DNA of 64,000 bases from Patescibacteria group bacterium (GCA_038062675.1 JBBTWP010000005.1:43844-107843), one strand, 5' to 3'. Counted from the stretch's first letter, positions 47,647 through 57,717 are shown. Program-made: numbers and translations. The notes: a model not told the origin generated them from the sequence alone.

Positions 47647-48810
47647 CTATTTCAAAAGCGCTGCGGGTGTGTACCTATTGTTCGGATCCCAGAGCATCCA
47701 GCTCGTCAATCCGGAGTCGTAGGTTGCCTGAATTTGTGCGCGAACTTCTACTGCACCATAGTCTCCGCCGTAATCAAAATCTTGAAGCCATGGGCGAAGC
47801 TTGAGCGGTGTGGTGGAAGCAACCTTTGCGCGCGCGACGGCTTTGTCCATTGAATATTTTATGACCCCGTACACATGTTCGTTCGGATTCGCCCAGCCAT
47901 TAAAATTCGGCGGATAATGTGATGGGTAAACCATGGGCGCAACGTAGTCAAAATGGCGGAGTGCCGGCTCAAGGACTTGTCCAATATTCAAATCATCAGT
48001 GTTTGTCGTTGTCATGCCGAACAAATCCGCTGAAATGACGGCGCCGGACGGCTTTACCTCTTCCTCAAGGTAAGCAAAAAACTTTTCAAGGGCGACTGAC
48101 TTTGTGGTGGTTGCCGTCCATGGATACGCAATGTCTTTCATGTTGCCATCTGAAGGAAACCGAATGTAGTCAAAATTGATTTCATCAAAACCAATTGCGT
48201 ATGCATCTTGAGCAAGAGCGCTAACGTACTCCCAGTAGGGTTTTGCACTCACATCAATAAACGAGAGTCCTTTGCGGTCCTTCCAAATACCACCATCACT
48301 TTTGCGTTTTACCGCAAGTTCGGGATGCGCATGCGTATAGAGAGGGTCTTGAAATACCGTCACGCGTGCAATGACATAGATACCCTTTTCATGAAGTGTT
48401 GCAACAAAAGCCTGCATATCAGCAACGCGACAACCAGCCACTTTTTCCTGCACTAACTTCGGAACAACTGAGCGATACGCAATGGTTCCAGAATAATCTT
48501 TCACGTCAATCATAACTGCGTTTAACTCTGTCGTTTCGATGAGATGCACTAATTTTGCACGAAGTGACGGAGCACTCGCATAACATGCGGACATGTAGAC
48601 CGCCTTGAGAGGTTCGGGAGTTTGTATGTGTGTCACAATTATTTTTGGGAGAGCTAAGGTCGTGCTTGCCATTTCAGTTTGTACACCGACTTTATCACTT
48701 AGTGGATAATACGTCACGGGGAAAAGTACTGGAACGGCAAAATAAAAGGCGGAAAAAGTTCCGACCGAAAGAGCTCCCGTAATAAATACTGTTTTCTTTA
48801 ACTGCATCAT
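47647..48810 (-). CDS. Putative glycoside hydrolase (DUF4015-like TIM barrel)
   Basis: NAVMIDVKD, GFDEINFDYIRFP, PMVYPSHY and RPWLQDF motifs. Confidence 0.8.
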   Translation of the reverse strand: MMQLKKTVFITGALSVGTFSAFYFAVPVLFPVTYYPLSDKVGVQTEMASTTLALPKIIVTHIQTPEPLKAVYMSACYASAPSLRAKLVHLIETTELNAVMIDVKDYSGTIAYRSVVPKLVQEKVAGCRVADMQAFVATLHEKGIYVIARVTVFQDPLYTHAHPELAVKRKSDGGIWKDRKGLSFIDVSAKPYWEYVSALAQDAYAIGFDEINFDYIRFPSDGNMKDIAYPWTATTTKSVALEKFFAYLEEEVKPSGAVISADLFGMTTTNTDDLNIGQVLEPALRHFDYVAPMVYPSHYPPNFNGWANPNEHVYGVIKYSMDKAVARAKVASTTPLKLRPWLQDFDYGGDYGAVEVRAQIQATYDSGLTSWMLWDPNNRYTPAALLK

Positions 48811-49049
48811 TCCATCGATTTAATTTCGCGTGAAAATAAACTTGGCGGTTTTTCATCGAGCGCTCGACCAGCATCATCAATGAGCTTTTTGCAATTGCTA
48901 CAATAAATAACAGATGAAAAATAAGCGAGAGTCGCAATAGAGAGACCGCTCACCACAAAAAGCGCCGTGCGAAACCAACCGGGGAATCCCAGAAACGGCA
49001 AGACCGCCATAAATATCGCCAAGAAGATTATCGCTGCGTGTTTTGACAT
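48807..49049 (-). CDS. Small two-TM membrane protein
   Basis: LPFLGFP motif, CxxC, and a leaderless-type promoter. Confidence 0.6.
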   Translation of the reverse strand: MSKHAAIIFLAIFMAVLPFLGFPGWFRTALFVVSGLSIATLAYFSSVIYCSNCKKLIDDAGRALDEKPPSLFSREIKSME

Positions 49050-49110
49050 ATGATTAGTATACTCGTTTATTAGAATTTTTCAAAATACCTTAAAAATCAC
49101 CTTCCGTCAT

Positions 49111-49163
49111 ACAGCCAACACCAGAAAACCCGCCTTTTTGGCGGGTTTTCTGGTGTTGGCTGT
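49111..49163. terminator. 24-bp perfect-stem hairpin
   Basis: acagccaacaccagaaaacccgcc-ttttt-ggcgggttttctggtgttggctgt. Confidence 0.65.
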
Positions 49164-49188
49164 TCAAATAGAGAATATGTATTTTTAA

Positions 49189-49506
49189 TTACAGAGAAGA
49201 TGAAACGTCTGCAAGTCCGGCATCTAGATCAGAAAAATCGGTTGCTTGTAAATCTTTTTCAATTTCCAAAATGTCAGTTGAAGCTCCTTGTTCCGAGAGT
49301 GCGGAGAGCGTCGCGTCAGTGGTCATCGTTCCCGCATTAACTTGTTGCTCCATAACTGCAGGCTGTTCCATTATAGATTTTTTAGAATCCATAAAAACAT
49401 ATACCGCTCCGGCAATAAGTACCAGTACCACAATAACAATACCCACCAATGGCCCTACTGACTTCTTTTCTTCGGGCATTCCACCCATGTTCATATTTTG
49501 ATCCAT
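49189..49506 (-). CDS. Small single-TM acidic protein
   Basis: GPLVGIVIVVLVLIAGAVY TM helix and an acidic tail. Confidence 0.65.
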   Translation of the reverse strand: MDQNMNMGGMPEEKKSVGPLVGIVIVVLVLIAGAVYVFMDSKKSIMEQPAVMEQQVNAGTMTTDATLSALSEQGASTDILEIEKDLQATDFSDLDAGLADVSSSL

Positions 49507-49529
49507 AATGAATGTGTACAAATTAACGA

Positions 49530-50303
49530 TTATTGATTCGATGTGCTTGTTGCAGTACTTGTTGGCGTTGTGGTGGCACGAAGCTTGTTGACGCCCGGCT
49601 TCACAGAAGCAATCGCCTCAGCTACACTACGATGCGCTCCTTGAATACTCTTGATTGCTTCTTTTACCAAAGCTTCAACTTTCTTCATTTCTTCGCGAGG
49701 TGCCTCACTTGCGAGAGCGGCAAGAGTAGCTGTTTTTACTTGAGCAACTTTCACACGCGCTGCATCAAGTTTTACCTTTGCGTCAGCAAGTTTTGCGCGA
49801 GCGACAGCAACATTGATTCCTTGCGTGGTAAGTTTATCGAGTGACATTCCTACGCGATCAGCAAGTTTCTGCACGCGTGCAATTGCCGCATCCAAACGAG
49901 CCCCAACGAGCTCTGCATGTTTCTTTGCAATCTCGAGGCGTTTCTCTTTAAATCCGTCTCTCATTTGTCCACGTGCTTCCGTGGTAGATGCCCGACGATT
50001 TTTCATATCATCACGCATATCTCCGCGCGCCTCAGTGGTCGAAGCACGAAGATTTTTAATATCTCCACGCATGTTTTCACGCGCCGCTGTCGTAGATGCG
50101 AGAGTTGCTTTTGCATCCATGCGCACTTCTTTGCGTGCTTCATTTATTTCTTTGCGCGCTTCGGCAGTAGGACGAGGAACTGGGCGAGTATCGTTCTGCT
50201 CCATGGCTGGAACAATAGCGACAAGATTTCTTGTGTCCGCACTTGCCGAAAAAGCACCGAATGCGAGCAACGTAACAAGAGCGATATTTATTTTCTGATA
50301 CAT
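49530..50303 (-). CDS. Secreted coiled-coil protein with 18-aa ASTT repeats
   Basis: Signal peptide ending ASA, and ASTTxAR..MR.D.K repeated three times. Confidence 0.7.
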   Translation of the reverse strand: MYQKINIALVTLLAFGAFSASADTRNLVAIVPAMEQNDTRPVPRPTAEARKEINEARKEVRMDAKATLASTTAARENMRGDIKNLRASTTEARGDMRDDMKNRRASTTEARGQMRDGFKEKRLEIAKKHAELVGARLDAAIARVQKLADRVGMSLDKLTTQGINVAVARAKLADAKVKLDAARVKVAQVKTATLAALASEAPREEMKKVEALVKEAIKSIQGAHRSVAEAIASVKPGVNKLRATTTPTSTATSTSNQ

Positions 50304-50475
50304 AACGAATAATAATTTAATTGCAATATCGCCCTCAACGAGAGACGACAAAAACAACACCAACGACTAATAAAGCGCACATTTCATCTGATACCCATCA
50401 AGTATAGCAAACGACTCAACTCACGCAAGAGCACCCCCTCAAAAAAAGAGCTTTCGCGCAACAAACAAAAGCCCT

Positions 50476-51162
50476 TTAGGCAACCGGCTCAACAATTACC
50501 ACAAACTCTCCTCGGATACGATCGGGGTTTTGAGTAAAATGTGCCTGCACCTCAGAAACCGTTCCTCGCACAAATTCTTCATAAATTTTTGTGAGTTCGC
50601 GCGCAACAATCACCTTGCGTTCTGCCCCACAAAATTTTTCAAGCGATGCAAGCGTCTTTTCAATACGATGCGGAGATTCATAAAAAACAATCGTGCGTTC
50701 TGCATCTCTAATTTCTTTAAAAAGTGTTTCGCGCCCTTTTTTGTGAGGAAAGAATCCGAGGAATGTAAACTCTGCAACAGAAATTCCAGCAGCGGAGAGA
50801 GCAGTGACAAGCGCCGACGGACCCGGAATGGGAACGATTGCGACCGCATCCCCAAACTTTTCTCGCACTTGAGAAACGAGAAGTACTCCCGGATCAGAAA
50901 TACATGGCGTGCCCGCATCGGACACAAGCGCCAAATTTTTTCCCTCTTCGAGCAGACCGAATATTTTTTCTACTTTGGTAAACTTCGATTGTGTGTGATA
51001 GCTCAAGGTCGGGGTCGTGATCTCATATTTTGAAAGCAAACGATGAGTAACCCGCGTATCTTCACACAAAACAACATCAACTTCCTTGAGCACGCGAAGT
51101 GCCCGCAAGGTAACATCCTCGAGATTGCCGATTGGTGTGCCAATAATAAAAAGTGTTGCCAT
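50476..51162 (-). CDS. rsmI: 16S rRNA C1402 2'-O-methyltransferase
   Basis: TPIGNLED, CEDTR, SDAGTP.ISDPG, YESPHR and RELTK motifs. Confidence 0.97.
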   Translation of the reverse strand: MATLFIIGTPIGNLEDVTLRALRVLKEVDVVLCEDTRVTHRLLSKYEITTPTLSYHTQSKFTKVEKIFGLLEEGKNLALVSDAGTPCISDPGVLLVSQVREKFGDAVAIVPIPGPSALVTALSAAGISVAEFTFLGFFPHKKGRETLFKEIRDAERTIVFYESPHRIEKTLASLEKFCGAERKVIVARELTKIYEEFVRGTVSEVQAHFTQNPDRIRGEFVVIVEPVA

Positions 51163-51167
51163 GATTG

Positions 51168-52472
51168 TTACACAGAGTCCGAAACAAGCGCCTCCCCTAC
51201 TTTGTAAATATCCCCTGCTCCCATAGTGACCATAATATCACCTTTTTGCACGGTTTTCCTCAAATACGTTTCGATAGCAGGAAAATCGCCACCAAAGCGC
51301 ACACTGTTGTGATGCTCCGAAATAACCCTCACTAATGTTTCTGCACTTATTTCAGGATCCGGCTTTTCGCGAGCTGCATAAATAGGTGCCACAATCACCT
51401 CATCGGCATCGCTAAAACTTTGCGCAAAATCATTGAGCAAAAGTTTTGTCCGTGAATACAGGTGAGGCTGAAACACAATACGAATACGCCCAACAGGATA
51501 CCGTGCACGAAAACCCTGCAGGGTCGCGCGAACTTCTGTTGGATGGTGTGCGTAGTCATCATACACCAAAGCCCCCGACGGGGTCTCCCCTTTGTACTCC
51601 ATACGTCGCCACGTGCCTTCAAACATTGACAAAGATTTCATTGCGTCTTTTTCTGAAACATCAAGCAATCGCGCAACCGCAAGCGCCGCTTGAGCATTTT
51701 TTTTGTTGTGTTCTCCGGAAACAGCGAGTGGCAACATGAGAACTCCTTTTGTATAATCAACGACACGCGCGACAGCCCATTGAAGAATAGGTGCGACCAA
51801 TGGATCATTCGGATTGCAAACGATCATGCCCGTCGTGGGTACTTTTTCAGCCAACTCTGTAAATGCTTTCTGCACACCTTCAATCGTTCCATAATAATCC
51901 AGATGATCATTGTCGATATTCGTAATAACCAAAATCTCTGGAGAAAGACTCAGGAATGACCGCTTGTACTCACACGCCTCAACCACAAAAAGATTGCTGA
52001 CGCCCCCAATAAAATTTGAACCTGAACCTTTAAGAAGACTCCCCACGATAACGGTGGGGCTGCGCTTTGCCCCCACCAGCACCCCCGCGATCATGGCTGT
52101 GGTCGTCGTTTTGCCATGCGTCCCCGAAATGGCAATGGTACGCATTCCCTGAGAAATCTTCCCGAGCGCCTCGGGATATGAATACGTCAAAACTCCCCGC
52201 TCGCGCGCCATAAGGAGTTCGGGATTGTCGTCCGCTATCGCCGGCGAATACACCACAAGGTCAAGTTCCTCCGGAAGATGTTTTTGTTCATGACTGAAAA
52301 AAACTTTCGCACCTTCCATTTCAAGTTTTTCTGTTATGAGTGACGAGGTGCGATCGGAACCACTCACCGAAATCCCCCGCGCAAGCATAAGTCGAACCAA
52401 AGCAGAGACGCCAATGCCGCCAATGCCAATAAAATGAGCCCTATGGATACTATCGAGAAATGTTTGATTCAT
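51168..52472 (-). CDS. murC: UDP-N-acetylmuramate--L-alanine ligase
   Basis: GIGGIG, GTHGKTTT, DYAHHP and FQPH motifs. Confidence 0.97.
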   Translation of the reverse strand: MNQTFLDSIHRAHFIGIGGIGVSALVRLMLARGISVSGSDRTSSLITEKLEMEGAKVFFSHEQKHLPEELDLVVYSPAIADDNPELLMARERGVLTYSYPEALGKISQGMRTIAISGTHGKTTTTAMIAGVLVGAKRSPTVIVGSLLKGSGSNFIGGVSNLFVVEACEYKRSFLSLSPEILVITNIDNDHLDYYGTIEGVQKAFTELAEKVPTTGMIVCNPNDPLVAPILQWAVARVVDYTKGVLMLPLAVSGEHNKKNAQAALAVARLLDVSEKDAMKSLSMFEGTWRRMEYKGETPSGALVYDDYAHHPTEVRATLQGFRARYPVGRIRIVFQPHLYSRTKLLLNDFAQSFSDADEVIVAPIYAAREKPDPEISAETLVRVISEHHNSVRFGGDFPAIETYLRKTVQKGDIMVTMGAGDIYKVGEALVSDSV

Positions 52473-53157
52473 GTTGTATATTCAAAAGTGCTTCTTCTGC
52501 GCGTTCTATATCTTCTGGGTATGCAATGGGCATCCAAAAACTACTTTCGACTGCATGCGTTGGATTGTCACGCACAAAACCAGCAATCATGTCAGTCAGA
52601 TAATACTCACCATTTTTTTGATCCGCAATATCATAATCAAAAATCCCAAAAGGCAAAATGTAGACTCCGACCGCCGCAAGATTTGACCTCGGATGTGTCG
52701 GCTTCTCTTCGATATCACGTATGGTACCGTCATCTTTTTTAACCACCACCCCGAAACGGCGAGGGTCTTCTACTGATGACACCAGTAAAGCAGCCTCGTA
52801 CGCGCAGCATTTCAAAATTGCCATTTTGTCATGCAGATCATCTGCATACATTACAATAAATTTTTCCTCCCGTGCGAGATATTCACGACAAAGATTGACA
52901 GCATGTCCTGTTCCTTTTGGTTCATCTTGCTCTACGTACGTGACCCGTTTGCCCAAAAATTTTTCACCCAAAAATTCACGTATTAAATCACTTTTGTATC
53001 CCACCACCACAATCACCTCATCGACCACATCAGGGAGAACCTCCCATGCATGCTGAATAAGTGGCTTGTCCAAAACCTTCACCAAAGGTTTTGGGATTTC
53101 AAGAGTAAGCGGGTGTAAGCGCTTCCCTTCCCCTGCTGCAAGAATAATAGCTTTCAT
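52450..53157 (-). CDS. Sugar-1-phosphate nucleotidyltransferase (GlmU N-domain/MurU-like)
   Basis: LAAGEGKRL.PLT..PKPL, GTG, EEKP and EYYLTD motifs. No left-handed beta-helix domain. Confidence 0.85.
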   Translation of the reverse strand: MKAIILAAGEGKRLHPLTLEIPKPLVKVLDKPLIQHAWEVLPDVVDEVIVVVGYKSDLIREFLGEKFLGKRVTYVEQDEPKGTGHAVNLCREYLAREEKFIVMYADDLHDKMAILKCCAYEAALLVSSVEDPRRFGVVVKKDDGTIRDIEEKPTHPRSNLAAVGVYILPFGIFDYDIADQKNGEYYLTDMIAGFVRDNPTHAVESSFWMPIAYPEDIERAEEALLNIQHESNISR

Positions 53158-53217
53158 GAGAATATGGTGCCCATCATAACAAAAAAACAGAGAAAGAGAC
53201 AGTCTTCACAAAAGTAG

Positions 53218-54573
53218 TTAAGTGAGTTTTTTCACAAGCGCAACAAACTGATCACCACGATCAAATTCATTTTTAAATACGCCAAAACTTGCCGTGCCTG
53301 GGGAAAGAAGAACGATGTCTCCTTTCTGGGCGTTATGCTGCGCTAGTTGGATCGCCTCTGCCATACTCCCCGCAATAAAAAACGGGTATTTTTTATTCAT
53401 TGAAAGCGCAGCGGCTATTTTGTCGGTACCCGCACCTTTAAATAAAATAAGTGCTTTTACTGTTTTATTTATCCGTTGCGCCATCGGGCGATAGTCGAGC
53501 TGTTTATCGGCACCCCCCGCAAGCAAGATAACATTTTTTGCTTTTTTATCAGAAAACACATCAAGCGCCGCAAACAACCCCGCAGGGCTTGTTGCCGTTG
53601 TGTCGTTTATGTACTGAACCGCACGCACTGTCCGCACCAACTCCTGTCGCCCCGGCACACCCATAAACGTTTCTACCCCACGCTTGATATCTTTTTCCAA
53701 AATCCCCAAGGCTCGACACGCTTCCATGGCACAAGCAATATTTGCGAGGTTATGTTCACCGAGAATTTTTATCTTCCACGTTTTTGGCACGACACTTTTT
53801 CGTGCAACCTGTACTTCACTTTTTATGTTTCCCTTAAACCTCAATTTAATCTCCCCTGCTGCCTGCTCTCCCGCAATAAGAATTTCACCTTTTTTTTGAT
53901 ATTTAAAAATGTTCGCTTTATCGCGGAAATACCAATCCATGCGCCCTTGATAATAATTCATATGGTCAGGAAAAAAATTCGTAAACACAGAGATATGCGG
54001 AGAAATTTTTGCATCACCAAAACCCTGAAGTTTCCATGAATCAAGTTCCATTACCATAATGTCGCCTTTTCGCACTTTGCCCAAAAGTGGCAGTGTGGCT
54101 TTTCCTCTCACATTACCACCCAAAAATACCGACCTTCCTGCCTGTTCTAATATGTGATGAATTAAACCTGTCACCGTAGACTTCCCCCGTGTTCCCGTAA
54201 CACCCACGACAGTTACCTCGGGTGCAAGTTTCAAAAAGAGAGTTTCATCTGTTCTAACCTCAATATGATTTTGTTTCGCCTCCGCTACGTATTTTGATCC
54301 AAGAGGAAGACCTGCTGCCCGAACAATAATATCTTTTTCTTTAAAATCTTGAAGTCGGTGCCCACCAAGAGCGAATGAAATATTATCGTACTTTTTCAGA
54401 CGCAAAACACTCTGTTGCAACATCTTTTCATCTTTTAAATCGGTAACGATGACTTCCGCTCCATGTTGAGCAAGAAATAGAGCATCTTGAACCCCCCGCC
54501 CTTCGGGGTCGATCCCCATGACGGTAATTCTTTTTCCTTTCAAAAAAGTTTTGTAGTTTTCGCCAGACATCAT
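53218..54573 (-). CDS. murD: UDP-N-acetylmuramoyl-L-alanine--D-glutamate ligase
   Basis: GTRGKST, GGN, ELDSWKL, DHMN, NDTTAT and LLSPG.ASF..F..RG motifs. Confidence 0.95.
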   Translation of the reverse strand: MMSGENYKTFLKGKRITVMGIDPEGRGVQDALFLAQHGAEVIVTDLKDEKMLQQSVLRLKKYDNISFALGGHRLQDFKEKDIIVRAAGLPLGSKYVAEAKQNHIEVRTDETLFLKLAPEVTVVGVTGTRGKSTVTGLIHHILEQAGRSVFLGGNVRGKATLPLLGKVRKGDIMVMELDSWKLQGFGDAKISPHISVFTNFFPDHMNYYQGRMDWYFRDKANIFKYQKKGEILIAGEQAAGEIKLRFKGNIKSEVQVARKSVVPKTWKIKILGEHNLANIACAMEACRALGILEKDIKRGVETFMGVPGRQELVRTVRAVQYINDTTATSPAGLFAALDVFSDKKAKNVILLAGGADKQLDYRPMAQRINKTVKALILFKGAGTDKIAAALSMNKKYPFFIAGSMAEAIQLAQHNAQKGDIVLLSPGTASFGVFKNEFDRGDQFVALVKKLT

Positions 54574-54658
54574 ATGGGATAGATTGTACCATATCAGGAC
54601 TTTAAAAAACCTCTTGTAAGAAAGCCCATTTTCTGATATATTCTCAAAGTGTTCCATT

Positions 54659-54732
54659 GCGCGTGTAGCTCAGGTGGTTAGAGCGCGTCACTGATAATGA
54701 CGAGGTCCCAGGTTCGAGTCCTGGCATGCGCA
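54659..54732 (+). tRNA. tRNA-Ile(GAU)
   Basis: Cloverleaf with acceptor GCGCGTG/CATGCGC, anticodon loop CT-GAT-AA and T-loop TTCGAGT. CCA is not encoded. Confidence 0.95.
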
Positions 54733-54734
54733 CA

Positions 54735-54769
54735 AAGTTTTAACAACAACCGCTATTTGTCAGGTGGTT
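54735..54769 (+). repeat. 35-bp imperfect direct repeat, copy 1
   Basis: 31 of 35 positions match 55571-55605. Confidence 0.7.
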
Positions 54770-54964
54770 GATTGGGGGAAAGATGCGAGCGCTCCTTTCA
54801 CCCTAATATGGAGTACCATATATTCTGCCATCGCTCGGGAATGAAAGTAGCTACTTTCATTTCGCTCGCTCTGTTGAATATAATGACGAGGTTAAAGGCT
54901 TCGAGTGCCTTCCTTGTGCACCAAATTTTGAGGCGAGCAAAACACAAGAACTCAGCACAACCAC

Positions 54965-54994
54965 TTGACAAGTTGTATGGTTTAGGTGTATAAT
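54965..54994 (+). promoter_or_regulatory. Consensus sigma70 promoter
   Basis: TTGACA, 18-nt spacer, TATAAT. Confidence 0.7.
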
Positions 54995-55028
54995 ATACAG
55001 AGTAGTAAATCCCAATCAAGGAGGGAAA

Positions 55029-55409
55029 ATGAAAAAAATTATCGAGGTAGTGATGTTTGTCGTGATTACGACGATGCTGGTCTTGGCAGCTGTTGGCCTC
55101 GCACATTATGCATTCGATATCGGGACCGCGTGGTACCCGTTTAGTTTTGCAACGTACCTCAGAGTTGCGGGGTGTGTGTATGTGCTGGCGATAGTCGCGG
55201 AGATCTGTCTCCAGCAAAACACGATGGGGCGGTGGACTTTCGTGTTTCTCCTCTCGACACCAGCATACTGGGCGTTGGTGCCGGAGAACCTACCGATAGA
55301 ATTCCCTGTCACTCCTCGCGGTCAGTTTGGATTGGCAATCCACACTATTCTGTTAAGTTTTGGGGCTATGCACCTACAGTACCGGCTCAAAGAAGCTCGA
55401 CAAGGATAA
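55029..55409 (+). CDS. Hypothetical multi-TM membrane protein
   Basis: Has its own promoter, a GAGG SD, a terminator at about 55422-55452, and hydrophobic segments. Confidence 0.7.
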   Translation: MKKIIEVVMFVVITTMLVLAAVGLAHYAFDIGTAWYPFSFATYLRVAGCVYVLAIVAEICLQQNTMGRWTFVFLLSTPAYWALVPENLPIEFPVTPRGQFGLAIHTILLSFGAMHLQYRLKEARQG

Positions 55410-55570
55410 CATGTTCCGTAAAGGGCGGCATCGCAAGATGACCGCCTTTTTTATTTTCCCGAAAAAACAAAATCTCTCGAGTTTTTCTTAAATCTTCATG
55501 GCAACAAGCTTACCAAACTCTTTGAGCGTCTTGTTTACTTACCTCTCTAACTTGGCATAGCAAAGACACC

Positions 55571-55605
55571 AAGTTTTAACGACAACCGCTTTTTGCCAGA
55601 TGGTT
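55571..55605 (+). repeat. 35-bp imperfect direct repeat, copy 2
   Basis: Matches 54735-54769 at 31 of 35 positions. Confidence 0.7.
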
Positions 55606-55655
55606 AGGACGAGCAAAAAATACGTACACTTCTGTCTACTTCGTTCTGTACAAAG

Positions 55656-55742
55656 CGGAGGCGGCGGGATTCGAACCCGCGAGAGGTTTAACCCCCTACT
55701 CGCTTTCCAAGCGAGCGCACTCGACCACTATGCGACGCCTCC
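55656..55742 (-). tRNA. tRNA-Ser(GGA)
   Basis: GGAGGCG/CGCCTCC acceptor, anticodon loop TT-GGA-AA, long variable arm and GTTCGAATC. CCA is not encoded. Confidence 0.95.
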
Positions 55743-55838
55743 GCTTTACACAGAAATATAAAGTGCATCAACATATTGAGCTGGTGCAACGAATAAATGT
55801 ACTGTACCAGAAACTCTCTTCCTTCGCAAAATAAATCT

Positions 55839-56804
55839 TTATTCCTCTTCTGCATCCCCCACTGTTCCCAGAGCACACGCAGTAAGAATTTGTTCAATAT
55901 TGCCTAAAAATATCTTTTCTAAATTACTCCACGACTGCTTGATGCGATGATCGGTAATACGGTCCTGCAAAATATTGTACGTACGAATTTTTTCCGATCG
56001 GTCACCGGTACCAATCTGGTTTTTGCGTTCCGTAGAGAGTGCTGCTGCCGTACGTTCGCGCTCTTGGTCTTCTATTCTTGCAACAAGAATAGACATCGCT
56101 TTTTCGCGATTTTTTTGCTGACTTCGCTCACTCGTACATCTGACCGCAAGACCCGTCGGTTTATGAATAAGGCGAACTGCGGTTTCTACTTTATTCACAT
56201 TTTGCCCACCCGCGCCACCCGAACGAGAGAATTCCATTTCAATATCTGCAGGATTGATGTCGGTGTTTTTTGCTTCTCGGACAGGGAGAACTACTACAGA
56301 CGCTGTTGAGGTATGGATACGTCCCGACTTTTCAGTTGCAGGAACACGTTGCACGCGATGCACTCCTGTCTCATGACGGAGAAGTGGGTATGCGTCCTTC
56401 CCGCTAATCTCAAAAGATGCTTCTTTGTACCCACCCATTTCACTTTCTGAAGCATCGATTTTTTTCCACCCCCACCCTTTCTTTTCCGCAAATTTTTCAT
56501 ACATCATAGCAAGGTCTTGCGCAAAAATAGCCGCTTCCTCTCCGCCCGTACCTGCGCGCACTTCCAGAATGAGTTGTTTTGGTATCTCTTCCTCTTCTTT
56601 GGAGGACTCGATGATTTCTGTCATTTGTGCTTCGAGCGTATCAATCTGAGGACGAAGAACTGCAAGCTCTCCTTGCCCGAGTTCATTTAAAGCAGGGTCA
56701 CCTGCCATCATAGTTTTTATCTGCGCTTCCTCGCCAAGCAAGCGCTCATATTCTTGAGCCAAGTACATTGTCTTTGGATTTTTTTTGAATTCTTCAAGGT
56801 TCAT
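55839..56804 (-). CDS. prfA: Peptide chain release factor 1 (short N-terminus)
   Basis: GGQ and PAT (RVPATE) motifs, plus [10 protein letters not shown]. Confidence 0.95.
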   Translation of the reverse strand: MNLEEFKKNPKTMYLAQEYERLLGEEAQIKTMMAGDPALNELGQGELAVLRPQIDTLEAQMTEIIESSKEEEEIPKQLILEVRAGTGGEEAAIFAQDLAMMYEKFAEKKGWGWKKIDASESEMGGYKEASFEISGKDAYPLLRHETGVHRVQRVPATEKSGRIHTSTASVVVLPVREAKNTDINPADIEMEFSRSGGAGGQNVNKVETAVRLIHKPTGLAVRCTSERSQQKNREKAMSILVARIEDQERERTAAALSTERKNQIGTGDRSEKIRTYNILQDRITDHRIKQSWSNLEKIFLGNIEQILTACALGTVGDAEEE

Positions 56805-56837
56805 ACGTTAAGTATACAGAGCACAGACAAACAAGGC

Positions 56838-56870
56838 AAAAGCCCGCGGGAAAAGATTCCGCGGGCTTTT
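56838..56870 (-). terminator. Intrinsic terminator after rpmE
   Basis: aaaagcccgcgg...ccgcgggctttt. Confidence 0.75.
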
Positions 56871-56877
56871 AACGTCG

Positions 56878-57087
56878 CTATTTCTTGACTGCTGCTTGGC
56901 GCTTCTTGAAACGCTCCACACGCCCACCGCGATCGAGCACTTTTTCCTCACCCGTAAAGAATGGGTGGCAAGAACTGCAGATTTCGATATCAATCTTTGG
57001 CATTATTGACCCAACCGTAAACTTCTCGCCACATGAGCACGAGACGGCTGATTGAATATGGTATTCAGGATGTATTTCTTTCTTCAT
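56878..57087 (-). CDS. rpmE: 50S ribosomal protein L31 (Zn-binding type)
   Basis: MKKEIHPEY..CSCG..ICSSCHPFFTG..GRVERF. Confidence 0.97.
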   Translation of the reverse strand: MKKEIHPEYHIQSAVSCSCGEKFTVGSIMPKIDIEICSSCHPFFTGEEKVLDRGGRVERFKKRQAAVKK

Positions 57088-57144
57088 GCTCCGTACTCTA
57101 TCAAATAAAGGGATATTTTGCAAGATGCAGGGTATAATAGCGAA

Positions 57145-57717
57145 ATGAGAAACATCGTGCTTGGTTTTGTGCTTGTGGCGCTTGTGGGTTTTGGCTTTCA
57201 AGAGCAGGCAACCCTCTCTCCCGTGAATTCTTTGGAGGGGATCAAAGAATTCACGGAAACCCCTACAAAAGCAGTAAAAAATAAACCACCAGCACCCCTA
57301 ACGCGTGTCATTCGCGTTGTTGACGGTGACACCATTGTTATCGAGGAAAACGGCGTCCAAGAAAAAGTGCGGCTCATAGGAGTGAATACACCCGAATCGG
57401 TCGACCCACGGCGTACTGTTGAGTGTTTTGGGAAAGAGGCTTCCAACTTTACAACCATGCTTCTCTTGGACAAGAATGTGCGCATTGAGAGCGACCCTTC
57501 ACAAGGCAACCGCGACAAGTACGGACGCCTTCTACGCTTTGTATTCCTCTCCGACGGAACACTTGCAAACCGCACTATTCTCGCCGAAGGTTACGGGTAT
57601 GAATACACCTACAAAACTCCGTATCGCTATCAAGATGATTTTAAATCTGCAGAAAAGAATGCTCGACGGGGACAAAAAGGGCTTTGGGCAGAAGACGCGT
57701 GCCTGACAATACGCTAA
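57145..57717 (+). CDS. Exported thermonuclease (SNase family)
   Basis: RVVDGDT, VRLIGVNTPE, DKYGRLL and GLW motifs. Confidence 0.93.
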   Translation: MRNIVLGFVLVALVGFGFQEQATLSPVNSLEGIKEFTETPTKAVKNKPPAPLTRVIRVVDGDTIVIEENGVQEKVRLIGVNTPESVDPRRTVECFGKEASNFTTMLLLDKNVRIESDPSQGNRDKYGRLLRFVFLSDGTLANRTILAEGYGYEYTYKTPYRYQDDFKSAEKNARRGQKGLWAEDACLTIR

